Made by a program: the position numbers and the translations under genes
Notes under the pieces: model-generated
Seen by the model: the letters and a program-made list of their open reading frames with translations, nothing else
Told to the model about the DNA's origin: nothing
Database searches by the model: none
Shown: positions 57,301 through 64,000 of the stretch, piece after piece
How the letters are laid out: the number at the start of each line of letters is the position of its first letter
How positions within the stretch are numbered: position 1 is the first letter of the stretch
Virus record (IMG/VR): IMGVR_UViG_3300045988_011398
Reading direction: 5' to 3' (one strand)
Source: a virus
Length of the DNA: 64,000 bases

Positions 57301-59116
57301 CTTGTCTATCCCCTACATTAAATACAGTAGGACATAGAATACCCTGACATATACACTCTCTATCAGTTAGAGAGGGATATACTACTACAGGTCTTACTCT
57401 TATGTATCCCTGATTGACCAATCTATTTATTATAGATTTATCACTCAGTGTATAAGATGCAACAGGCAGATACACACTTGAACCACTTATATAACTACAT
57501 TGAACATGTTGTGTATTCCTTACATCATTAATCCATATTGGTTCTGACCACTTTCCACTTACATGCTGGAACTGAACACCAAACCTATATGTCTCCAAAT
57601 ATTTGAAAGTCTTAATCTTGTATGAGTTAAGCTTTAATTGGTTATCATAAGGATAATATCCCAATGGCTGTGGTGGGGTTAGATATTTTGTTGGGTAGCC
57701 TACACTTGTAAATGTAACTGTCTTACCTCTGAAGAAGTTTCTTACTGTACTGTCTATCAACTTTCTCTTCAAAGTTATGTCACCTAAGAACAATGTATTA
57801 TCTTTTTGAGCCATTGTTCCAAATACCACTTCTTCTCCTCCAACATACAGTAATTCCGTAGGGTCTATAGTATCTCCTGATGTTCCATTGTCTGTATAAG
57901 ATACTTTGCCCTTTGTATATAGATAAGTAGTCATCTCTGTTCTATCTGTGTAATATATAATCGCAGTACCTCTACTTGTTACACTTATATACGCAGTTTT
58001 ACTTCCATTTATATACATATAATCTCTATCTGGAAATCTAATGTATCTATAAGCAGAGCCTGCAAGATTCCAAGAATTTACAGAAGGGGAAGTTGAGTCT
58101 GGTGTTATTGATGATAGTGGAACATATGCACCTTGTGATATGTTATATACTTCAATATTATCAGCAATAGCATACTTATTCCATTCTGTCATAGAATATG
58201 TAGTAGCTCCAGCAGGAGGAGCCAAATCTACCACTCTTTTAACTGTAGGCACAGCATCTATTGAAGTCCTGTATATTGAGTATATCCTTATATAGTCAAA
58301 ACTTTTATCAACATTATCTATTACAATACTGAAGCTATTTCCAACTTTATCTTCTGGACTTGCCCCTCTATTATTGTAAGATATATAGTATAATGGGGAT
58401 GTATAAAATATATTACTCTCCTGTCCATATTTATCAAAATATGTAAAAGCATATTGTATAACTCCCGGACTGAATGTACCATTTGCCACAATATTTCTAT
58501 CTATTGTAATAGTCTCTTGCAGCTTTAGTTTTCTTGTAAAGTTAAATGAGTTATCATTCCATTTACTAATCACATCTGAAGCTGCTGCAACATTAATAAC
58601 TCTTGGTTGATTAAGCCCATCTGTCCAATATATCTTTTTTATTTCTTGGTTTTCATAGAAGGATATAGTCTCAATAGGGTATCTGTAATCAAAGTCAAGC
58701 TGACCTCTATATATTCTTGTGCCAGATAAAGTAGTGCCATTGAACCATAGCTTATATATTCTGTCATCTATGTCACTATCTATATCAATAGTAAACTCCT
58801 CACTTGTAATATTATCAACTGTATCAACAGTTGGAGTAATATCTTCTACTGTCCTTGCAGTGTCATCCCCAGCAGTGAATATGATAAGCTCATCATCTAT
58901 TAGGGCTTGTCCAATAGGTATTCCCTTCAAAGAACTGCCAATACCACTTATATTTGCAAGTTTATTACCCTTTTCATTTACTATACTAAGCAGAGTACTC
59001 TCATCAGTAGGCATAATTCTGACATTCTTATTCTCATAAGCATACTCAGGATTAAATGCTGAGGCACTCAAGTCTCTCTGCATTCCTTTCACTTTGAATT
59101 GAATTTGCTTCTGCAT
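54368..59116 (-). CDS. Large tail structural protein (ring, muzzle or nozzle-type candidate)
   Basis: 1582-aa beta-rich ORF (Asn/Gly/Tyr/Trp-rich) in the late block, downstream of the head genes. Confidence 0.45.
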   Translation of the reverse strand: MQKQIQFKVKGMQRDLSASAFNPEYAYENKNVRIMPTDESTLLSIVNEKGNKLANISGIGSSLKGIPIGQALIDDELIIFTAGDDTARTVEDITPTVDTVDNITSEEFTIDIDSDIDDRIYKLWFNGTTLSGTRIYRGQLDFDYRYPIETISFYENQEIKKIYWTDGLNQPRVINVAAASDVISKWNDNSFNFTRKLKLQETITIDRNIVANGTFSPGVIQYAFTYFDKYGQESNIFYTSPLYYISYNNRGASPEDKVGNSFSIVIDNVDKSFDYIRIYSIYRTSIDAVPTVKRVVDLAPPAGATTYSMTEWNKYAIADNIEVYNISQGAYVPLSSITPDSTSPSVNSWNLAGSAYRYIRFPDRDYMYINGSKTAYISVTSRGTAIIYYTDRTEMTTYLYTKGKVSYTDNGTSGDTIDPTELLYVGGEEVVFGTMAQKDNTLFLGDITLKRKLIDSTVRNFFRGKTVTFTSVGYPTKYLTPPQPLGYYPYDNQLKLNSYKIKTFKYLETYRFGVQFQHVSGKWSEPIWINDVRNTQHVQCSYISGSSVYLPVASYTLSDKSIINRLVNQGYIRVRPVVVYPSLTDRECICQGILCPTVFNVGDRQGNSPFAQSSWFIRANAPFDEYKAHHYTQDSSGKWGGDWWDRENGPLHDPTPNSRAGVMSNSRTNVNYDGTPFIMELPNKGAWAEFRHLHPIPSNSERNAEIQCIWNPPSKPSVSDTASEADVNAWVSQNAENFYIDQSIVTLHSPDIEFDNNVRSIDTSGLQLRIVGMVPLTAFIGDIDIQTSTPANNYYDSSEVAPGFYKEPVSSENISRFGWRGLMSGGFWFDELSDYKKDTGNSNHYTTGFVVYPFHRNGSLNNKKWATDGYRPAMLDKKKISNMRFSYNTYFLDSGSVYNFYREGSGYKTGVSGIVVFDSDEVSLVRLPAQKNSGLGDINYYGNVDKIINISRIGDKKEGYPIMTTGVQNADTNAHSLFSGNYIQIDGRFTDQVTGVDPVRMKYKSTPHAVIALNFTENHYQCILPTIKDGDISYPSTTELWNVNVAGSISSGQHAFWDKNKVCAGTYQSILDIPLSNLNGSFNGYSIEYGWLWLGEIYNPEVTNRFGGQTEEAFENNQWLPCGDPVSLINDTNGVKSSVAITWTEGDTYYQRYDHLKTYPFTLEDQNAITDIVSFMCETRVNIDGRYDRNRGQTNNFAVTPTNFNLMNDVYSQQNNFFNYRTVNPNKLNLDNFHNSITWTKTKTAGELIDTWTNITLASTLDLDGDKGDVRAIRRFNNTLIAFQDRGISQILYNENMQITSTEGVPIEIANSGKVNGKRYLSDKIGCANKWSMCETSNGIYFIDDTTKGIFLFNGKLDNLSDRLGFHSWINAKSTGINIWNPVDFNGFVTYYDKVNGDVFFISKDECLAFSEPVAQFTSFYSYEHMPYFINLEDRGIALNTAKGGTIYKAWLHNEGNYNMFFNKYQPFYTTVIANPDMPEDKIFNNIEFRADSWNGSTLLNTTFDTLTTWNEYQTGTATLNNILGRPSELKKKFRIWRANIPRASTNGRDRMRNPWLYIKLSMEGENTNKTVLHDMIVHYFE

Positions 59117-59119
59117 AGC

Positions 59120-59812
59120 TTATTGTAATTTTAATCTTTCCTTTGTACCATTGTTTCTGAACCCTGTTCTGTGTTCAGTATCTCTAAGTAATAGAGTCCT
59201 CCATGAATTATAGAATGACTCTGCCTTGTCAATAGACAATCTATTAAATTCAGTCTGGCAATCACCAACTGCCCAAGCATACTCCTGTTGCACATTCTGT
59301 AACACAGCAGGATTTATCTTTCCTAAATCAAACAGTATTGTGAACCACTGTTTCTTAATATACAGCTCCAATGCTCTTGTGAAACTACTATTGTCAGGAA
59401 GAAGAGGATAGCCTTCTGAGTCTGTAGCAATAGCTTCATAGGACAGCTCAATCTCTCCCTTTTCAATAGAAGTGTATATCATATTGCCTTGAATCTTATA
59501 TGTCAAATCAGCAAGTTCTCTGCCACAATTACCCTTACATTCACTCATATGAAATGAGTCTGAAGAATATCTAAAGGCTGGTCCACCTGCTTTTCTGACT
59601 TGAATCATCTGATAGTAATCACAAGGAAGCATGGCTCTATACTTTTCAACTTCTACTATCTCTGTTTTCTCCATGAACATATTAGGAACACCTACTATTC
59701 TCATGAAATCTACAGTATAGTCAATAGCAGTCTCAAGAGATATATCCTGCATAAGAGGATGTCTCATTATCTTATCCAAGATAAGTCTTACATTTGTATA
59801 TTGTTCTGCCAT
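59120..59812 (-). CDS. Virion structural protein (hypothetical)
   Basis: 230-aa ORF in the late block. Confidence 0.4.
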   Translation of the reverse strand: MAEQYTNVRLILDKIMRHPLMQDISLETAIDYTVDFMRIVGVPNMFMEKTEIVEVEKYRAMLPCDYYQMIQVRKAGGPAFRYSSDSFHMSECKGNCGRELADLTYKIQGNMIYTSIEKGEIELSYEAIATDSEGYPLLPDNSSFTRALELYIKKQWFTILFDLGKINPAVLQNVQQEYAWAVGDCQTEFNRLSIDKAESFYNSWRTLLLRDTEHRTGFRNNGTKERLKLQ

Positions 59813-59823
59813 ATTTGAATAGT

Positions 59824-60390
59824 TTATATTGTGAAAGCATCTAACTTTCCTTCTTTAATATTCTGTTTTAATCTTCTCTTTAACTCTCTATTAACATCAA
59901 ATTGATAGAAAGTCTTGTTAGTAAACTCTGCTACATTTCTATTGTAGTAGACTTTATATATCTCTTTCTCCTCGACTTTAATGAGTGTTTTATTCTTATA
60001 GGATTCCTCGTCTTCATACCAGAGCTTGAGAGTCCTATCCCAATCAATGGGCAAATTAGTTCTGATTTTCTTACCATGTACAGTTATTCTTGCTTCATAT
60101 TTTCTTATCTCAAGTCTACCCAGTCTATGTGGCAAAGTAATATCTTCTCCATTTATTAATGCTTCACCAAGCAATTCATTTACTCTTCTAATAATAGAGA
60201 AGTATTGTGACTCAGTAAGTACATACTTATGCTCTTTAGGTCTATTCTTTCTGTAGTACTTAAAACCATCATAGACTCCATAAGAGTTCTTCACTTTATG
60301 TGTTCTTGGTTCATTAACCCTCTTAATAGAATTAATGAACCCCAAGAACCCTTTATCTAACTCTTCCTGACAATGTTTTATCTCTCCCAT
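59824..60390 (-). CDS. IHF/HU-like DNA-binding protein of the crAss structural module
   Basis: LTESQYFSIIRRVNELLGEALINGEDITLPHRLGRLEIRK resembles the HU/IHF helix-helix then G..V.L..lG.f.v arm pattern. Crass-like phages are known to carry an IHF-like gene in this module. Confidence 0.45.
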   Translation of the reverse strand: MGEIKHCQEELDKGFLGFINSIKRVNEPRTHKVKNSYGVYDGFKYYRKNRPKEHKYVLTESQYFSIIRRVNELLGEALINGEDITLPHRLGRLEIRKYEARITVHGKKIRTNLPIDWDRTLKLWYEDEESYKNKTLIKVEEKEIYKVYYNRNVAEFTNKTFYQFDVNRELKRRLKQNIKEGKLDAFTI

Positions 60391-60396
60391 ATTTCA

Positions 60397-61089
60397 TTAT
60401 TTCCTTGTCAGCTTATTCACCAAATCATCTTTAGCATTATTTTCCTCATCATCAGGCTTATAAACTGGTCCAGCAAGCTCCTTTACTACAAGCTCAATTA
60501 ATGGTGGAACCAGTGCATCCTCAATAGGGAATGTCCTGTCTACAGGGTCACATATAGTCTCACCATTATCATCTGGGCATTGTAAATCAGATGCTTGCAT
60601 AGAGTCCTGAAATATACCTGTAAACTTGGCTTTCTCAAGATACAGATATTGGGGATTGAATGACTTGAAATACAGGTAATTATCAGGTCCTATTGAACAA
60701 TATATTATATTCTGTAGGAACTTATTGTAACCTACATATCTCATTCTATCTCTACTTACATAGGTAATTTCCCCTTGATAGTAGTCAAGAGGATATACTC
60801 TTGGAGTACCTATCTGCATTAAGAATGGAATCTTCTCCTTACTTCTTAGGTATGTACCCCCCTCACAAGGTTCTCCTGATATGGCAGGTACTTGTATAAG
60901 GTCAAGGCAAATAGTCTGATAATTACTCTCAGGTATCTGCTTCTTAATATCTGAGTACCTCTGCTTCAATAGGAAAGTTCTGTACTTATTTAGTAGAAAC
61001 ATTACATGGTCTTCAGTGAATTGTGCATCATCAGATGACAGTTTCAATTCATCAAGTACCATATAGGTTAATTCTTTATATGTGCTCAT
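60397..61089 (-). CDS. Virion structural protein (hypothetical)
   Basis: 230-aa ORF in the late block. Confidence 0.4.
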   Translation of the reverse strand: MSTYKELTYMVLDELKLSSDDAQFTEDHVMFLLNKYRTFLLKQRYSDIKKQIPESNYQTICLDLIQVPAISGEPCEGGTYLRSKEKIPFLMQIGTPRVYPLDYYQGEITYVSRDRMRYVGYNKFLQNIIYCSIGPDNYLYFKSFNPQYLYLEKAKFTGIFQDSMQASDLQCPDDNGETICDPVDRTFPIEDALVPPLIELVVKELAGPVYKPDDEENNAKDDLVNKLTRK

Positions 61090-61125
61090 ATCTTTACTAT
61101 TAGTTATAACTAAAAATCCTCACTG

Positions 61126-61133
61126 CAAAGATA
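61126..61133 (-). promoter_or_regulatory. Bacteroidota-type -7 promoter box TAtcTTTG (minus strand)
   Basis: The reverse complement of caaagata is TAtcTTTG. It lies about 37 nt upstream of the ATG at 61089, inside an imperfect hairpin (61114-61162). Confidence 0.4.
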
Positions 61134-61196
61134 AGCAAAATATATCTAAGCAGCAAGGATTTTACTATTTTTCTGTCAGTAGTATTAGTTTAATTG

Positions 61197-61472
61197 TTAT
61201 ACAGTTCTACCACTACAGGTTACAGAGGCATTTGATATATACTCTGGATAAGGTATTAAGCAAGTAGAACCATATAGACAATATAGTGACTTATGAATGG
61301 TCATATACTCCTCTTCAGTTATAAATGACTTGCAGTCACTATCCAATAGCTCTTGTATGAATATAAGCATTAGAAGTCTATCAACATCTGCATAACTCTT
61401 ATATCCAAACTTTGACAAGGCATTGAAATACCTTTCAAGTGATGTATTAACCAATTCCTCCATAACAACCAC
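61197..61472 (-). CDS. Small hypothetical protein
   Basis: 91-aa ORF in the late block. Confidence 0.35.
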   Translation of the reverse strand: MVVMEELVNTSLERYFNALSKFGYKSYADVDRLLMLIFIQELLDSDCKSFITEEEYMTIHKSLYCLYGSTCLIPYPEYISNASVTCSGRTV

Positions 61473-62010
61473 ATTTACTTGTTACCACATCCTTTTTAAG
61501 ACCTCTGAAGAACTTCTCCCAATACTTTATTGCTTGGGTATAATGACCTGTTCTAACTGCAAGTTGAAGTGCTTTCAACTGTAATATGAAATTGATGAAT
61601 CCTTTAGGAGTGGCACACTCTTTTTCCAATTCCTTGATATAACCAAAGGCTTGTTGGTACAAAGGATATAGTGCTATCACAACCCCAAGGGTTAGTATAT
61701 TATCTTCACCACAAGGTGTACTTATAGCAGGTGTACCCTTTGTTTTAACCCATACAAAGAACATGTTGTCAAGAAGAGATGGTAATAGGTCTCCTATCCC
61801 AAGTTCTAATCTTACAGTTTTATTATCTCCTGCAAGTGTGTTTGTGTATGCTACATTACTACTTGGACCACTATCAATAAAAGTATCTTGAGTGTCTATT
61901 GATATAGTATCAATGTACACATTTTCATAGTACACAGAGCCCTTTACAGATACATCAATTATAAGCTTAGTGCCTTCAGGATTGATTCTTAACTCATTAA
62001 ATTGTACCAT
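61447..62010 (-). CDS. Virion protein (hypothetical; head-associated candidate)
   Basis: 187-aa ORF immediately downstream of the probable capsid gene. Confidence 0.4.
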   Translation of the reverse strand: MVQFNELRINPEGTKLIIDVSVKGSVYYENVYIDTISIDTQDTFIDSGPSSNVAYTNTLAGDNKTVRLELGIGDLLPSLLDNMFFVWVKTKGTPAISTPCGEDNILTLGVVIALYPLYQQAFGYIKELEKECATPKGFINFILQLKALQLAVRTGHYTQAIKYWEKFFRGLKKDVVTSKCGCYGGIG

Positions 62011-62021
62011 AGTATCTTATT

Positions 62022-62056
62022 TATAAAATAAAAGGGAGACTTTGTAGGTCTCCCTT
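62022..62056 (-). terminator. Rho-independent terminator after the capsid gene (minus strand)
   Basis: Stem aagggagac (62032-62040) pairs with gtctccctt (48-56), followed on the minus strand by a T-rich tract. Confidence 0.7.
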
Positions 62057-62070
62057 CATTGGTTTTATCT

Positions 62071-63120
62071 TTAGTCACCAGCAGAAGCATCCAATGCTTT
62101 AATTGATAGACCAGTAGCAGTGTTGATTGCTGAAATAATGTCATTAGCCAGATTGTTGCTTGCTTGATTATTAGCACCAATCTTAGGAACTACAATAGTA
62201 ATATCCTTCTCTGACTTCTGAACTGACTCATTAGGACCTACATAGGCATAATGAATATCAATAACATTGTACTTGCTATCAGGATTAACAAGATACTTGG
62301 TTCTGATTACATTAGGGAATCCTACCATTCTGTAAACATCACCTCTTTCACCCATGCAGAAGTACTCAAGGTCTGCAATCTTGTGACCATCAGGAATGCT
62401 GCTTGTAGAAGCAACTTGCTTTACAGTACCCCAGATTCTCTCATCACCATTAGCAGTGATTGTGTCAGGCTGTAGTGTAAAATTCACAGGAGTCTGTTCC
62501 ATTACACCAAGAATCCACTCTTGAGGTGCTTCCTCAATTACAATACCAGTATAAGTACCAGTCAAAGTACTTTCCTTAGTATCTTTAGTTACCTCTGTAG
62601 GTGTACCTGCTACAGTACCTGCATCTGTACCTCCTGTTTCAAGATAGAACTTCAATAGACCTTCCTCTTCTCTGCTGAAGTTCTTTACTAAAGATAGAGC
62701 AAGAGTCTTGTAGAAATCTGAAGCAGTCATACCTGCAACTGCATGAACCATACCATACTTGAAGTATTGGTCTTCCTCTGACAAGCCAATGTAGTTTCTG
62801 AAAGCAATTCTCAAGATGTAATCTTGACCTGCTACAGGAGCCCCACCATTGACACTTGCATCAAGAGTTAACTTGTACTTAGCTAAGTCATGTGCCAAGT
62901 CATCAGCATCAGTTGCCTTTGCATACAAGATGTTCTTGATGTCAATCAAATCACTTCTTGTCATGCCACCAGCACCCATATACTCAAAGTACAGATGAGT
63001 CTTAGCTGTATCAGCCTTTACTGCAATAGAGCCTGCTGCATCAGTTGTAATCACATTAGGAGTTTTTAATGCTTCTGCTACATAAAGCTGTCTTACTTGA
63101 TTTGTACTAAATGTTGCCAT
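62071..63120 (-). CDS. Probable major capsid protein
   Basis: 349 aa. Position in the late block, its own terminator, and Ala/Gly/Thr-rich composition. N-terminus MATFSTNQVRQLYV resembles capsid N-termini as remembered. No search was run. Confidence 0.5.
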   Translation of the reverse strand: MATFSTNQVRQLYVAEALKTPNVITTDAAGSIAVKADTAKTHLYFEYMGAGGMTRSDLIDIKNILYAKATDADDLAHDLAKYKLTLDASVNGGAPVAGQDYILRIAFRNYIGLSEEDQYFKYGMVHAVAGMTASDFYKTLALSLVKNFSREEEGLLKFYLETGGTDAGTVAGTPTEVTKDTKESTLTGTYTGIVIEEAPQEWILGVMEQTPVNFTLQPDTITANGDERIWGTVKQVASTSSIPDGHKIADLEYFCMGERGDVYRMVGFPNVIRTKYLVNPDSKYNVIDIHYAYVGPNESVQKSEKDITIVVPKIGANNQASNNLANDIISAINTATGLSIKALDASAGD

Positions 63121-63152
63121 TTTAATTTAATATTAAATTATACAATTGTTTG

Positions 63153-63863
63153 TTACTTACCTGCACTTGGAGCTTTACTGAGGATAGCCAATTTGACTGC
63201 CTTTTCAAGTATTGCCCTGTGTATTACAGGATTCAATTTACATTCTGTTTTCTCACTTATCTTATTGATAGATAAGTTATCAGGTAAATCAGTCAGTATA
63301 ATAGGGTCAGGTCTTGCAATGTATCTCACAAGATACCTGTCTATATTATACTCTGATACTATTTCTACTATCCCATTACCATTGTCCAATCTTAATGCTC
63401 TTCTCTTATTTGAGCCTCTAAAAGGATTACCAGATATTCTGAAATAGTCATCTTGTGAAATAGGTATCACTGATATTTCCTCTCCATTCATACATCCTAA
63501 TCTACTATCTTCAAGACCAGCAGATTCATAAGTGATGAACCATAAGTCTTCAGGTAGTTCAAAGAATATAGAAGTCTTGGATAGTCCTACATAACCTGTT
63601 TTCTTTTCAGTAGTAGTATAAGTCTTAATCAAATCACTCAAGTATCTTCTGACTTCCTCAGTCTTCTCAAATGAGTCTCCAAGTGGATTCTTACCACTAT
63701 AAAGGTCAATGACTATTTCCTCCTGTGCCTTTGTCAAGAACACTGACTTCTCATATTCATCAAGTTCAATAGTAGAGGGATTTTCTCCTTTGCCAAACTT
63801 ATCAATTACTGAATAACTGTTCAGTAAAGTGTCAAACTCATTAGAAAATTCTTCAGTTGTCAT
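63153..63863 (-). CDS. Virion structural protein, paralog of the upstream partial gene
   Basis: 236 aa. Its C-terminus TECKLNPVIHRAILEKAVKLA parallels TECELDPILHPEILQRAVELA of the next gene. Confidence 0.45.
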   Translation of the reverse strand: MTTEEFSNEFDTLLNSYSVIDKFGKGENPSTIELDEYEKSVFLTKAQEEIVIDLYSGKNPLGDSFEKTEEVRRYLSDLIKTYTTTEKKTGYVGLSKTSIFFELPEDLWFITYESAGLEDSRLGCMNGEEISVIPISQDDYFRISGNPFRGSNKRRALRLDNGNGIVEIVSEYNIDRYLVRYIARPDPIILTDLPDNLSINKISEKTECKLNPVIHRAILEKAVKLAILSKAPSAGK

Positions 63864-64000
63864 TATTCACTTCTTTGACCAAGTTCTACTATGTTCTTTA
63901 TATCACCAGTATATGCTGCCTTAGCAAGTTCCACTGCTCTCTGTAGTATCTCTGGATGAAGAATTGGGTCTAACTCACATTCTGTAACAGTAGTCAATCC
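63863..64000 (-). CDS. C-terminal fragment of a structural protein, truncated by the window edge
   Basis: Hand translation gives GLTTVTECELDPILHPEILQRAVELAKAAYTGDIKNIVELGQRSE-stop. TAATG overlap with the downstream start at 63863. Confidence 0.5.
   Translation of the reverse strand, partial: GLTTVTECELDPILHPEILQRAVELAKAAYTGDIKNIVELGQRSE

Noticed and set aside
31694-62056. Shared AAGGGAG, AAGGGTG or AAGGGAA cores in four terminator stems (31694, 43085, 54327, 62032) as a possible repeat or mobile-element family.
   Set aside because: Only 7-9 nt are shared, and the loops and distal stems differ. An A-run followed by a G-rich stem is expected for generic, often bidirectional, intrinsic terminators.
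1-64000. Genome-wide TGA-to-Trp (code 4-like) or TAG recoding, as seen in some crAss-like phages.
   Set aside because: TGA terminates many genes at ATGA junctions (for example 2797, 4160, 14384, 16257). ORFs of 4-7 kb are uninterrupted under the standard code. Only the thioredoxin gene shows an in-frame TGA.

Overview
This window reads as a contiguous piece of a crAss-like (Crassvirales) podophage genome from a Bacteroidota host. There is no integrase, tRNA, rRNA or CRISPR array.

Layout:
- Positions 101-43068 (+ strand) are a tightly packed early/middle block. About 14 gene junctions are ATGA or TAATG stop/start overlaps.
- Positions 43151-64000 (- strand) are a convergent late structural block.

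The + block holds, in order:
- A three-gene NAD-related module of NAMPT-like, HAD/NT5C-like and Prs-like genes. This is the signature of a NARP1-type NAD+ reconstitution counter-defence pathway.
- A membrane cassette with an SPFH lipoprotein, small TM proteins and a TM-anchored glucosaminidase.
- A replication/recombination module: SNF2-type helicase, DnaB-like helicase, Sak4-like ATPase, SSB-like protein, toprim primase, UDG, T7 endonuclease I-like resolvase, RecB/Cas4-like exonuclease and family A DNA polymerase.
- Nucleotide metabolism genes: anaerobic RNR NrdD/NrdG, dUTPase, ThyX-like enzyme, thioredoxin and a Pnk-like kinase.
- Accessory genes: an orphan HicA, a retropepsin-like protease, a small lipoprotein and a vWA unit.
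- The giant virion RNA polymerase (2396 aa, DFDVD metal motif) plus a 1345-aa partner.

The - block holds a probable major capsid protein, an IHF/HU-like protein, small structural proteins, a 1582-aa tail protein and three ejection or cargo-like proteins of 834, 561 and 2304 aa. The 2304-aa protein is polyvalent, with a RecB-like nuclease motif set and an HExxH zincin motif.

Three of the few intergenic gaps carry a Bacteroides-type TAnnTTTG -7 promoter box. Six gaps carry clear rho-independent terminators.

Most interesting observations:
1. A translationally coupled JAB/MPN deubiquitinase-like gene and a ThiF/E1-like gene (13139-15486) sit between two unknown genes. Just upstream is a protein whose N-terminus looks ubiquitin-like. 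Together they suggest a phage-borne ubiquitin-like conjugation or deconjugation cassette.
2. The NARP1-like module has an intercalated HAD phosphatase.
3. The thioredoxin gene has TGA in place of the Trp codon of its WCGPC active site.

All family calls come from motifs read by eye in the supplied translations. No database search was run.
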